Below, in pieces: positions 1-9,402 of a stretch of DNA of 64,000 nt; position 1 is the stretch's first letter, and each line of letters opens with the position of its first letter. The position numbers and the translations under genes were made by a program. The stretch comes from a virus (Duplodnaviria > Caudoviricetes): the IMG/VR virus record IMGVR_UViG_3300046318_000318; one strand, 5' to 3'. The notes beneath the pieces are model-generated. The model was not told the DNA's origin. It saw nothing but the letters and a program-made list of their open reading frames with translations, and did not search any database.

Positions 1-320
1 AGAGTAAGATCTATACTCTCATTGGTGGGTTTCTTCTTATCAACATACAGCGCATAGTTGAGGCTTTCCAACTTATCTGTAATTACCTTCTCTATTGCAG
101 AGTGAGGTATGCCATAACGGTCATTTAAGTCTTTAGTGACGTTGTGAGTTATCAGGAACGTAAGATCGTCGTTGCTTACTAAGTTATGCTGGATATCCTT
201 AGCAAAGCAGATGGTGACCATAGGTTCTGGTTTGTCTTTAAAGACCGCCAACACCCTCTGACTTACTTTATCGAAAAGAGTCGTAACTATAGATAGTTTA
301 AAATGTTTATTTCTAACCAT
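1..320 (-). CDS. Hypothetical protein, runs off the window edge (MVRNKHFKLSIVTTLFDK...)
   Basis: Manual translation: ATG at 320 and an open frame to position 1; not in the ORF track. Confidence 0.7.
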   Translation of the reverse strand, partial: MVRNKHFKLSIVTTLFDKVSQRVLAVFKDKPEPMVTICFAKDIQHNLVSNDDLTFLITHNVTKDLNDRYGIPHSAIEKVITDKLESLNYALYVDKKKPTNESIDLT

Positions 321-445
321 TTTATTCTTGTGTACAAGTTTAAACTCTAGATACTTCAGTGAGTCAGGCATTAAAAAATGCAGATCATTGTTTTTGACTT
401 TCTGAAGTCTTTTGTCAGAGGTGGTGAGTGTTGGCATGGTGCTTA

Positions 446-1822
446 TTAACGAGATTCTGTTTGACTTTGCTTAACAGCGGTTTTATGAACGTCGATAATT
501 TCTTTTAGTAAATCTCTAACGTCTGCAAGAGTTCGATTGCAATATGTAACATACAACGTAAAAACTTTACTATGATCAGCTGAAAAACTCGCTACAGCAG
601 TCATCACTTTTGTGACAATGTGTTTCACACTATCGCTTGCCTCTTTAAATGCTTCCATATTTGACAGAGCTTCCAAACTTTTCTCAACTGCTGCGTATTT
701 TATCTGCGAGGCAGTTATTTGCTGTGCTAAGCCTAAGTTAAAGATTCCTAAATCATGAATAGCCGTTTCCAAACGGTTGTAAACACTCTCGGCTTCATGC
801 AGTGTCATTGCGTGACTTACAGTATCGCTATATGAAACCTTAGCTTTATCATCGGTAACTTTAAAATTAAGTCCGGTGTATAAATAACATTCATCTATGG
901 CGGGAACTTTTCTTTTTACATAAGCTATAATTTCATTTCTTGAAAACATATTAAGAGCTTTAATAGTTTCAGGAATGAAGATGAAACTTTGACCGATATG
1001 CTCTTCTACTTTTTTATGAAAGTCTGTCTGCGATTTAAAACCATCTAACGTGCGAGCAAAGCTACTATGTCCGTCTACACTACTGAAATATTCCTGTAAT
1101 GTGGCGAATTGTACAAGCATTTCACCTTCAGGAGTTGGTATATTATCTTTTAATTTTGAGATAAAAGTTTCAAAATCCCTAGACAACTCTTTTATAAGAT
1201 TATGACCAGAATAAACATCTTCAATAATCTTAAGTAAATCAGAAATATTTATTTGTTTATTTAAGATATCAAAATGCCTGAGTTTAGAATTTTCATCGGC
1301 ATTTTTAATCTGTAAAGCACTATTGATTCTTGATATGATATCAGGATCGTAATGATTACCTGCTTGCTGCATCAAAGTTTTTAAAGCTTCGGCGTCTCGT
1401 TTTGTGACCTCTTCATTTTTCTTGATGTCGTCTTTTTTCTTAGAGAACAAACCTTTAATCCAACCCCAGATCTTGGCAAAAAAGTTTTTGATGGCTTTCC
1501 AAACTCTGGTAAAGAACCCATCTTCATTCTTCTCGTCTTTGTCTTCATCATCACTTTCAAGACTGACAGACGTAGCAGGTATATTCAATCTGGCTCTTAT
1601 AGACTCTATAGCGATATCTGCGATCTGTTGAGCTTGATCAGAAGGATTATCACCAAGGGCGTTTTGGATATCGTAATAGGTATCAGCCCCTTCAGACATA
1701 TCTTCCATTTCCATATAGTCGTCAAAGATAGCATCTAAACTATCATCGGTGTCTATAACGGGTCTGGAATCGGCTTCTGTCAATTCTACTTCTTCTAAAG
1801 CAACGGTATCAAAGAGTTTCAT
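446..1822 (-). CDS. Virion head/ejection protein, phiKZ gp93-like family paralog
   Basis: 458 aa; acidic N-terminal propeptide with AIE/SLE motifs, then an amphipathic Trp helix (FFTRVWKAIKNFFAKIWGWIKGLF) shared with the 7.9-12.3 kb paralogs. Confidence 0.75.
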   Translation of the reverse strand: MKLFDTVALEEVELTEADSRPVIDTDDSLDAIFDDYMEMEDMSEGADTYYDIQNALGDNPSDQAQQIADIAIESIRARLNIPATSVSLESDDEDKDEKNEDGFFTRVWKAIKNFFAKIWGWIKGLFSKKKDDIKKNEEVTKRDAEALKTLMQQAGNHYDPDIISRINSALQIKNADENSKLRHFDILNKQINISDLLKIIEDVYSGHNLIKELSRDFETFISKLKDNIPTPEGEMLVQFATLQEYFSSVDGHSSFARTLDGFKSQTDFHKKVEEHIGQSFIFIPETIKALNMFSRNEIIAYVKRKVPAIDECYLYTGLNFKVTDDKAKVSYSDTVSHAMTLHEAESVYNRLETAIHDLGIFNLGLAQQITASQIKYAAVEKSLEALSNMEAFKEASDSVKHIVTKVMTAVASFSADHSKVFTLYVTYCNRTLADVRDLLKEIIDVHKTAVKQSQTESR

Positions 1823-2133
1823 TTTTTCACCTTAATTTTTACGAACAGCAAATCAAAAGCTGTCTTGTCGATACAAATTATTTCACCTGTCTCTACACAA
1901 CGAAGTTCATAGATAGATTTTCCTGAACCATTTCGCTTCATACTCACCAGCTCAAAATAGATATCCATAGCTTTGGTATCTACTTCATACTTAGCGCTAT
2001 ACGAAGAAACAGGCAGAGCTTTGGCAGAAGCCAGTGTTTCACCAGATATCTTGTCTGAATTGAAACTGACAGATATACCCATATCCACAGGTTTACCTGT
2101 CAAGTGACTTTGAAGTCTTTTTATAAAATTCAT
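1819..2133 (-). CDS. Conserved hypothetical protein
   Basis: 104 aa ORF tightly coupled to both neighbours. Confidence 0.75.
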   Translation of the reverse strand: MNFIKRLQSHLTGKPVDMGISVSFNSDKISGETLASAKALPVSSYSAKYEVDTKAMDIYFELVSMKRNGSGKSIYELRCVETGEIICIDKTAFDLLFVKIKVKK

Positions 2134-2135
2134 GA

Positions 2136-3545
2136 TCAGAACTTACCTAAGGTTTCGCCAAAGACTTTTTTAGGTTTCTTTGGGTTGGGTTTCACAGCCA
2201 GAGTCAATGAAGCTGATGTGGCATGTTTGTATGAGGTTGATATGTTACCAGATAGACTTATCATCACATGCACATGTAATACCACACCTTCTAACTGAAC
2301 CAGATCGTCGCCCTCATAGTAAACATATTTACATGGCATGCCAGGATAAATCAATTCATGTTTACAGTTTTCCCACACTAGATCTAACCTAGCTGTGCTT
2401 TTATAAGCTAGCTTGGTGTATTCTAAGTATGGATTCTGAGAGATTCTTCCAGAAGTCACAGGACCATAGTTCAGATCATCATCTCTTTCTTTTATAGCTG
2501 ACTCGTGGTTAAGAGAAGCCCTCTTACCTATAGGACCCTCTTCCTGCATTTCTACAGGCTTAGTCATAAAGGCTCTGGCGTCAGCCATCCTAAATCCCAC
2601 CCCTTGGTTCATATAGTTGACTTCAGCATCATCAGAGTATTGCTTACTAGATGTAGCTATGATCTTCAACCCATCGCCTTCTTTCTTGAAGGTTCTGTTT
2701 ATACCAGGTAGTTTAAAGTTAGGTACAGAGAAGATAGTCAGATTAGGTTTACCTGATTTAAATCTACCTGTGTCGTACAGAGGATAGACAAACCAAAGTC
2801 TTTTATCATCCCACACTTGAAAATACGTACCTAAACCTTCAGGATAAACACCACCCATTTTCTCTTGTAGAAACGTAGGTAATGCTGTTATGCCAGTAAA
2901 GCTAGGTATGGTGACGTGATCACGTTTGGCTGAGTTATTGCTCTTGATGATATCTAAGCCATCCAAAGCAGGTTTACCATCTATAGTGATCTTTTTACTT
3001 TCACTTACAAGTACGGCTTCAAGCACATCGGCTGTGCTTGTTTTTTTGAACACGCCGGATGTGGTCTTGATACGGAGTACTTCTAGAGATCTGTTATAGA
3101 TCTCTAGCTTAACAGTAGTGAAATCACTGCGGTTAAGAGTATCTATAGACATTCCGTCGTACTGGGAACCTGATACCTTCATATTAGCATCAGTTAGGAA
3201 TATAGCTTTATATTTCTCTATTCTAATCTTTTCATCAGGTCTAACAGAAGCTGACTCATCTTCAAGCTGTATTCTCTTTACAGTAACTTCAAGGTTATTC
3301 CTAAAAGGGAATACTCTTTTAACGTAGTCACCAAGAGGCACTTGCATCTGGATGATAGTCCTGTCAGCTATGTTGTTGACATAGTCTCTCTCTATATCCA
3401 GAGACACAAGTTTATGTACATTGATGTCATCTACTTCTGTACTGATGATAACTCTGTATTCAAAAGATGTCTTACCTGTGCCATTACCCAATATAGCAGA
3501 CACATCTTTCCATATGGGTGTTTGTTCTATGCTTTCATAAGGCAT
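2136..3545 (-). CDS. Virion structural protein, baseplate-hub-like (phiKZ gp101-like)
   Basis: 469 aa; size and position in the phiKZ-like virion cluster; family assignment from recall. Confidence 0.6.
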   Translation of the reverse strand: MPYESIEQTPIWKDVSAILGNGTGKTSFEYRVIISTEVDDINVHKLVSLDIERDYVNNIADRTIIQMQVPLGDYVKRVFPFRNNLEVTVKRIQLEDESASVRPDEKIRIEKYKAIFLTDANMKVSGSQYDGMSIDTLNRSDFTTVKLEIYNRSLEVLRIKTTSGVFKKTSTADVLEAVLVSESKKITIDGKPALDGLDIIKSNNSAKRDHVTIPSFTGITALPTFLQEKMGGVYPEGLGTYFQVWDDKRLWFVYPLYDTGRFKSGKPNLTIFSVPNFKLPGINRTFKKEGDGLKIIATSSKQYSDDAEVNYMNQGVGFRMADARAFMTKPVEMQEEGPIGKRASLNHESAIKERDDDLNYGPVTSGRISQNPYLEYTKLAYKSTARLDLVWENCKHELIYPGMPCKYVYYEGDDLVQLEGVVLHVHVMISLSGNISTSYKHATSASLTLAVKPNPKKPKKVFGETLGKF

Positions 3546-4159
3546 CAGTATCTCCTATACCCTATCATGCGATCTTTAAAGAACTCACCCAGACTTTCTC
3601 TTTCCGGTACTTTTTCTTGTTCATTAATATTGCTGATATGAGTTACACCATTTTCATCTACTTTGACATTATCAGTACCTAGGTACTTATTCAGACTATC
3701 CTGTCTAAAGAAGTTCTGTCTGGTAACAGCTGACAAACCAGCCATATGTCTGGCTATCAAAGAGTTAGCCTGGTCTCTTGAAAATTGATGCACAGCATGC
3801 TCATAGACAGCTGTGGCAAAGGTATCCATGTCAACAAGATCATCTATAGGAGCGTTACCTATATTGATACCATACTCCAACTGTTCTTTCCAAGCAGATA
3901 GATGCTTGCTGATAAAGTCATAGATGATAGGTAGATCAGAGTAATTAACTATCTTAACCAAAGTACCTTCTCGATGGTAATCCACCATCTTAGAGATAGA
4001 TAGGTAAGTAGTCAACCACTCTTTCTTGATGTTTTCATCATCTCTTTTATTACCAGAGACTCTGACACCAGTTCTCCTCAGTTGTTCCACAGACATGGAT
4101 TCCAACAAAGGCACCCTGGCCAAAAATAAATATTCCCAGATGTTCTTTGTGGTATCCAT
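3545..4159 (-). CDS. Conserved hypothetical protein (phiKZ gp100-like by synteny)
   Basis: 204 aa; stop overlaps the next start. Confidence 0.65.
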   Translation of the reverse strand: MDTTKNIWEYLFLARVPLLESMSVEQLRRTGVRVSGNKRDDENIKKEWLTTYLSISKMVDYHREGTLVKIVNYSDLPIIYDFISKHLSAWKEQLEYGINIGNAPIDDLVDMDTFATAVYEHAVHQFSRDQANSLIARHMAGLSAVTRQNFFRQDSLNKYLGTDNVKVDENGVTHISNINEQEKVPERESLGEFFKDRMIGYRRY

Positions 4160-4167
4160 GATTGATC

Positions 4168-5541
4168 TTAGCTGTAAAGTGAAATGGAAGCTTCTTTCAG
4201 AAGTGTTAACAGGATAGGTCCGTAATAGAACTGCTCCAAACGAGACCAGCTTCTGTACTTGTCTATCAGTTTCTGTAACATATCCATATCCAAAGCGTTT
4301 CCCTGTAGATAATCTTTAGTGAGTATCTCAAGTACAGACTTTGAAGCTGTGTTGTTATAGAACGCAGCAGACAGCACATAGTAGTCATCTATCAATACAG
4401 GATGGATGACAGGTATAGAAGCTGTAGCTGTTACGTAGCTATCTGTGATCAGACTAGCTAAAGATCCCTGACGACTCTTGGTTTCTTTGATCAGAAGAGT
4501 TGCATCTACAGTCTTAGGTAAGACATCGTAGGTTCCAAAAGTAGTTTCATCTGGTTGAACAGGGTAAACTAACTGCTGAATGCTGCTCAAAGCAAAACCG
4601 TGTAGATAACTGTTTCTGGTCAGTATTTTCTTACTTATCAGACCCATACGGGCATTACCATAAGAGAGTAGGTCAAAGTCTCTCTCAACCATGGCTTTCC
4701 AGAACTGATTTTGAGACATGTAGTATTCACGCTCATTAGGTAATTCTCTCAGTTCTTTAAGCTCAGGTGCGTCTTGACTGTCTACTATCTGTGTCAGATA
4801 GCCTACTATAAAAGTATCGTAGATAGATACCTCTTGACCAGGTAATACCAGAGTACCATGTTTAATGCTAAAGAACTGTTTGAAGTAGTCTCTTACAATA
4901 GTTACGTAAGCATCAGATACATTCAGCAGTTTTTGATTTTCTTCAGCTTTCAATAGAGGCTGGAGTCCATCTATCAGTCTGTCTTTTCTGAAAAAGAATT
5001 CTCTGGTAACTTTATTACCAAGAGAAGTAACCAGATCAGCTATGGTAGTAGAGTCTGTATATCCTACCATCACGTAATCCATGTAAAACACAGAGTCTCT
5101 GTTAAAAGACTTTCTCTCTGTGTTAGTTACACGGAACAGACCCATCTTCTTATCGCCAGCGTCTGATGTGAAGTAGTCATTCACATTAGGTAGCACAGAT
5201 CCATACACGTTACCGCTGCCAGTCACTGACATAAAACCAGTGGTGGTATCGTTAGATTCTGTCAGAGGTGTAGTTACCCTGATTTCAAAATTATGGATCT
5301 TGGTGTATTGTTGGTAGATATCTGGTTCAGCAGCATCTACCTCTCTAAGGTCATTGTGCTCAGCTACCACTTGACTGAAGTAATCCACAGTCCATGGGGC
5401 ACCTTCTACATAAGCTATCAGTGATTTAACAGCCGTTACTTTATCATCTGTGACAAGACCTTGATAGCTTGTAGGTTCTATCTTAGGTATATTAATCTTG
5501 ACACTGGGGGATGATGCAGGGTTGTGTTTAGCGATACCCAT
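4168..5541 (-). CDS. Virion structural protein (phiKZ gp99-like)
   Basis: 457 aa; YVEGAPWTVDYFSQ and PNVNDYF motifs recalled from phiKZ-like virion proteins; AAAGGA RBS upstream. Confidence 0.65.
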   Translation of the reverse strand: MGIAKHNPASSPSVKINIPKIEPTSYQGLVTDDKVTAVKSLIAYVEGAPWTVDYFSQVVAEHNDLREVDAAEPDIYQQYTKIHNFEIRVTTPLTESNDTTTGFMSVTGSGNVYGSVLPNVNDYFTSDAGDKKMGLFRVTNTERKSFNRDSVFYMDYVMVGYTDSTTIADLVTSLGNKVTREFFFRKDRLIDGLQPLLKAEENQKLLNVSDAYVTIVRDYFKQFFSIKHGTLVLPGQEVSIYDTFIVGYLTQIVDSQDAPELKELRELPNEREYYMSQNQFWKAMVERDFDLLSYGNARMGLISKKILTRNSYLHGFALSSIQQLVYPVQPDETTFGTYDVLPKTVDATLLIKETKSRQGSLASLITDSYVTATASIPVIHPVLIDDYYVLSAAFYNNTASKSVLEILTKDYLQGNALDMDMLQKLIDKYRSWSRLEQFYYGPILLTLLKEASISLYS

Positions 5542-5590
5542 ATCTCGTCCTTTAAAAATACGTCATAACATTGCTGGACTCAATAAAGAA

Positions 5591-5634
5591 ATTAAAGACA
5601 CACCCGGCCTCTATGGCTCGGGTGTGTCTTTAAT
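5591..5634. terminator. Intrinsic terminator hairpin
   Basis: attaaagacacacccggcc-tctat-ggctcgggtgtgtctttaat inverted repeat directly after the 5634 stop. Confidence 0.75.
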
Positions 5635-7313
5635 CAGTCGTTGAGATGATTATCTCTAATAGTGATAATGCCGTTTACTTGAACAGTGTTAAAACCTATT
5701 CGATTACGTCTGTAGTTTTCCACCATAAGTGGATCCAGTCCGTCAAATATAGAATTAAACTGAGTGCTCGGGAAATAGTTACCCTGCAATCCAGTTCCGT
5801 GATAGTTAGCACCAGGGTTAATCTGATAATTATTATTACCAGGTCTATATCCTGTCAGTATGCGATAGGTCTCACTAAAGTGGAAATCAGAGATTCTATT
5901 TAAATCACCAAGATTATTAAAATCAGGATGGTTTTTCAGAAGTTCATTCAGAGCACCTATGATCTTAACAAAGACTTTGGGATTGTTCCTTAGCCTTCGT
6001 ATGGCATCACTATCTAAGTAACTGATGTCAGTCACTAAAGACAGCCTGATGCGATGTTGGTTTCTGAGATTAAGGTCAGTAAGTGATTTTATATTTAAAC
6101 TGCTATCACATGTCAGAATAGGTGACGTGGTTAAAGTATCATTTCTATACAGATTCACTTGAACTATAGACCTAAACCTCTGGCATATGTACTGATACTC
6201 ACCAGCTATTAACCAATCTAAAAGATCCTGATCTAAGACTATTGGATCTAGTTCTTTTAAATTCAGTAAAGTTTTTCTATCATTCTCTACTTGAGTAAGA
6301 GCCATTAGGACAGTACCTGTACCAGGCATAGCCTGAGGTATGACATAATCATCAAACTCAGGTAGCTTAATATAAGCTTGTGGATCTACTATGGCATTCA
6401 TAGTGGTATCGTATTCGAAGGCTCTCATGGCGTAGAGACTGCCTTGGAAACTCAAAACCATCTTATTCAAATCCACACTTGTGTCTGTAAAGGCTGTATA
6501 GGCAAAGGGTAGTAACTGGTTATGCACCATGACTGGATATCTTACATGACAAGCATAAGGTTTGTCATACGTAAGCTTATAGTTCAAAGTAACAGTCCAG
6601 ATACCTTTGTCATTATCTTTCTCTGGTTTGTCAGGTAAAGGTTCAAAATCGTAATAACCAAAGACCCTGGTTTGAGTTTCAGCTATGCCTAATCTGGCAT
6701 CTTTACCTACCAGATCACCTATCAGGGTAAGTCTATCTGTGGATTTACTCTTAAAGTATTCCACAAAACCTTCGTTATAGGGTTCTATGGCTTCTCTCTG
6801 AGTGTAGATATCTTTAAGCAATATCAGTATTTCAGCAGGTAATAGATAGTGATACTTGATCACATGTGTATTGACATCCCTCATCTGAGATATCCTTAAC
6901 CGCATGTCATCTCTCCACCTCATAGCCTCAGTCCTGCTATGAGTCCTGTACCGCATGGTGATCTTAAGCTCTACCTTGGTATATAGAGGTACCACAGCCA
7001 CGCCTAGGGCTTTGTCTAAGAAAACAGGCTGAGCGCCATAACCATGCACAGACGAAGTAGCTACGTTATCTATGTCGTGATCTTCTTCTACTTCAATAAA
7101 GATAGCTTTAGTAGTATCGAAAGAAGCAAATCTATCAGCAGATGAGTTTAACTCACTACCTGCTGTCCTCATACGCTCAGTTTCACCAGGATAAAACACA
7201 GGTGTATCGGTGGGTATCTTGGTGACAGCTTTAACTTGATTAACGATATCTATAACCACAGGTCTGGATATAGCCTGAGATGTCTCAGGTAAAGTCATGC
7301 TGATCTTAGGCAT
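5634..7313 (-). CDS. Virion structural protein (phiKZ gp98-like)
   Basis: 559 aa; SRPVVIDIVNQV N-terminus, size and synteny. Confidence 0.65.
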   Translation of the reverse strand: MPKISMTLPETSQAISRPVVIDIVNQVKAVTKIPTDTPVFYPGETERMRTAGSELNSSADRFASFDTTKAIFIEVEEDHDIDNVATSSVHGYGAQPVFLDKALGVAVVPLYTKVELKITMRYRTHSRTEAMRWRDDMRLRISQMRDVNTHVIKYHYLLPAEILILLKDIYTQREAIEPYNEGFVEYFKSKSTDRLTLIGDLVGKDARLGIAETQTRVFGYYDFEPLPDKPEKDNDKGIWTVTLNYKLTYDKPYACHVRYPVMVHNQLLPFAYTAFTDTSVDLNKMVLSFQGSLYAMRAFEYDTTMNAIVDPQAYIKLPEFDDYVIPQAMPGTGTVLMALTQVENDRKTLLNLKELDPIVLDQDLLDWLIAGEYQYICQRFRSIVQVNLYRNDTLTTSPILTCDSSLNIKSLTDLNLRNQHRIRLSLVTDISYLDSDAIRRLRNNPKVFVKIIGALNELLKNHPDFNNLGDLNRISDFHFSETYRILTGYRPGNNNYQINPGANYHGTGLQGNYFPSTQFNSIFDGLDPLMVENYRRNRIGFNTVQVNGIITIRDNHLND

Positions 7314-7314
7314 A

Positions 7315-7830
7315 TCACCAACTTTCTAAGGCTGTTTGTGTTTTCTGTACAAACGGAGAAGACTTGGTCACACCGTAGTTTTCCCTGTCTTTGATATTTA
7401 CTTCACAGAGATTCAACTTCTTAAAGACTTTTTTGAAAAAAGAAATGTCGTAGATCTCTGGAAAATCGAATTGACCTGAAGTCAAATCATAGATGGTCGT
7501 ATTGATTAAAACCACTACGTGACCTGATCTAGGGTTAAGCCTACCAAACTTAAGAGCGTCGTTCTTAACTCTAACCAATCTTTTATTCTCATCGTCATCT
7601 GGTATCTCAGTGATGAGTTTAAAAGCATAGTCGTGAGCTGCTTCACCTTCAATTGTTTTATTAAAAGAAGATCCGCCTAATATGTCACAGGGTATGTCTT
7701 TAGTGACTAACTTTCTTCTGAGATATTCGGATGCATAAGAGCAGTAACCGGTACCTCTGTGATCTGCTATATAAGGATGTTCTTCCCTGACTTCTTTCAT
7801 AGAAGCAAGGACTTCTTCGTGTTGTATCAT
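7315..7830 (-). CDS. Putative papain/transglutaminase-like Cys-His-Asp protein
   Basis: 171 aa; GYC30SYAS, GH104VVV and IYD115LTSGQF; ends in TALESW. Confidence 0.5.
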   Translation of the reverse strand: MIQHEEVLASMKEVREEHPYIADHRGTGYCSYASEYLRRKLVTKDIPCDILGGSSFNKTIEGEAAHDYAFKLITEIPDDDENKRLVRVKNDALKFGRLNPRSGHVVVLINTTIYDLTSGQFDFPEIYDISFFKKVFKKLNLCEVNIKDRENYGVTKSSPFVQKTQTALESW

Positions 7831-7856
7831 GTCTATCCAAGCCTATTAGATTTGTT

Positions 7857-7866
7857 CATAGGATAG
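7857..7866 (-). promoter_or_regulatory. Putative late (nvRNAP) promoter CTATCCTATG
   Basis: TATG about 25 nt upstream of the 7830 start; phiKZ late promoters use TATG; similar 10-mers at 26365 and 29105. Confidence 0.35.
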
Positions 7867-7878
7867 CTTAGAAATAAA

Positions 7879-7916
7879 TGACTGTAAAGAGACGGATATC
7901 CGTCTCTTTACAGTCA
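7879..7916. terminator. 38-bp perfect palindrome, probable terminator
   Basis: tgactgtaaagagacggat|atccgtctctttacagtca; overlaps the stop codon of 7914..9299. Confidence 0.7.
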
Positions 7917-9299
7917 GTGTTTAGCAAGTGCTAGCTCTATTTCGTGTCTGTCTTCTAATAAATGAACTAAAGGTCCAAGTATACTTGACATCATAAGATT
8001 CTGTTCTTGTATAATAGCCACTATGTGAAGTATGGAAACCAGTATGTTCAGATTTTGTCTGACTCTAGCGGCTATATACTGACCTGTAAATGTTTCATCT
8101 ATCTTTGCCTTATCAGACATTTTTTCTAATTCTTTTTGACAGTCTTTTAACAAAGGCAGAGTATATTTGGTCGCATCATTTATTTCATTTTGATTTTCTT
8201 GTATAGTCCTGATTCGATCTATAATGGTTAGTCTCATGGGGCTGATTCCATTACCATTATGCAAATCAGGTAAATGTTTATAAATAACCTCACCTATTTT
8301 ATAAATGTCATCGTTTTTAGGATCAGCTCTGAGTTTTTTAAACTCCAATCTAGAGACAGGATTTTTATTTTCATTGATGCATGTCAGTTGACACCATCCA
8401 AATACATCTGGTAAATAAAATACAATTTTTTTACCATTTGTTACATTTTCCAATTTGCTGTCTTTTATTCTGCTTAAGGCTTCGAACACAACAGCCGCCA
8501 CTTGCAGGTTCTTGCTATATGCAAACTCTCCACCTCTGAAACTCTCTAATTTACCGTGTTGTGTATATATGTCAGATTCTTTTAAATAATTTTCATAGTT
8601 AAAAGGAATAGTTTTCACCAGACTCAGAAGCGGTTTAATTTCCTTAACCAAAGCTTCTAATCTGTTAATAGAAAGATTAAAACTTTTATGGGGATCATTA
8701 TCATGTTCTCTTAGGTAATCTCTGAATCTAGAAAGACCTCTGATAGTTATATCTTTTTCTTTGAGAAGATCTTCCTTGCTTCTTTCAGCGCGTGGTTTCC
8801 AGTCAGAATCTGAATTTTTACCAGCTGATGGTTTGGCGTGTGAGGTATTTTTAGAACTGCTTTTTTCAGTTTTCCTAACAACTTCCTCAGCTTTTTTTAA
8901 ATTTTTATCAACCTTTTCAGACGGAGATCCACCACCGCCCCCGCCACCAGACGATCCACCACCGAATAAATTAGCAAACCAATCTATAATTTTAGATATA
9001 ATTGAGACTATTGTGTCCCAAACACCTTTTAGAAAAGTACCTATACCTTCTTCAGCATAGCTTAAATCAGTATTGAGTCCGTATTTACCACCGATCTCTT
9101 TCAGCTGATTACATTCCGATTCTAAAGATAAATTATTTTTAGCATCTGTTTTAAACTCACAAAGTCTATTCAGATCGGATATAGACTCCATCATTAAGTT
9201 ATAATTAGTTGTAATTTCTTCAGAGGTGTCAACATAGTTTTCTAATGATGTATTAATCTGAGAAATTTCTTCTTGAAACATAGTTGTAAACTTTAACAT
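7914..9299 (-). CDS. Virion head/ejection protein, gp93-like family paralog
   Basis: 461 aa; SLE and AEE|GIG cleavage-type motifs, then FLKGVWDTIVSIISKIIDWFANLF and a poly-Gly linker. Confidence 0.75.
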   Translation of the reverse strand: MLKFTTMFQEEISQINTSLENYVDTSEEITTNYNLMMESISDLNRLCEFKTDAKNNLSLESECNQLKEIGGKYGLNTDLSYAEEGIGTFLKGVWDTIVSIISKIIDWFANLFGGGSSGGGGGGGSPSEKVDKNLKKAEEVVRKTEKSSSKNTSHAKPSAGKNSDSDWKPRAERSKEDLLKEKDITIRGLSRFRDYLREHDNDPHKSFNLSINRLEALVKEIKPLLSLVKTIPFNYENYLKESDIYTQHGKLESFRGGEFAYSKNLQVAAVVFEALSRIKDSKLENVTNGKKIVFYLPDVFGWCQLTCINENKNPVSRLEFKKLRADPKNDDIYKIGEVIYKHLPDLHNGNGISPMRLTIIDRIRTIQENQNEINDATKYTLPLLKDCQKELEKMSDKAKIDETFTGQYIAARVRQNLNILVSILHIVAIIQEQNLMMSSILGPLVHLLEDRHEIELALAKH

Positions 9300-9347
9300 G
9301 TCGAGTTCTTTCTTTGAAATTGAGAGAGGATCATAAAATACAGATAG

Positions 9348-9389
9348 GTAAAATAAACATCTGGATATTTATCCAGATGTTTATTTTAC
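9348..9389. terminator. Terminator hairpin (20-bp stem)
   Basis: gtaaaataaacatctggata-tt-tatccagatgtttattttac downstream of the 9403 stop. Confidence 0.7.
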
Positions 9390-9402
9390 AAGTAAATAGT
9401 TT

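Noticed and set aside
1-320. Nudix-like reading of the edge ORF
   Set aside because: No GX5EX7REUXEE box in the visible part
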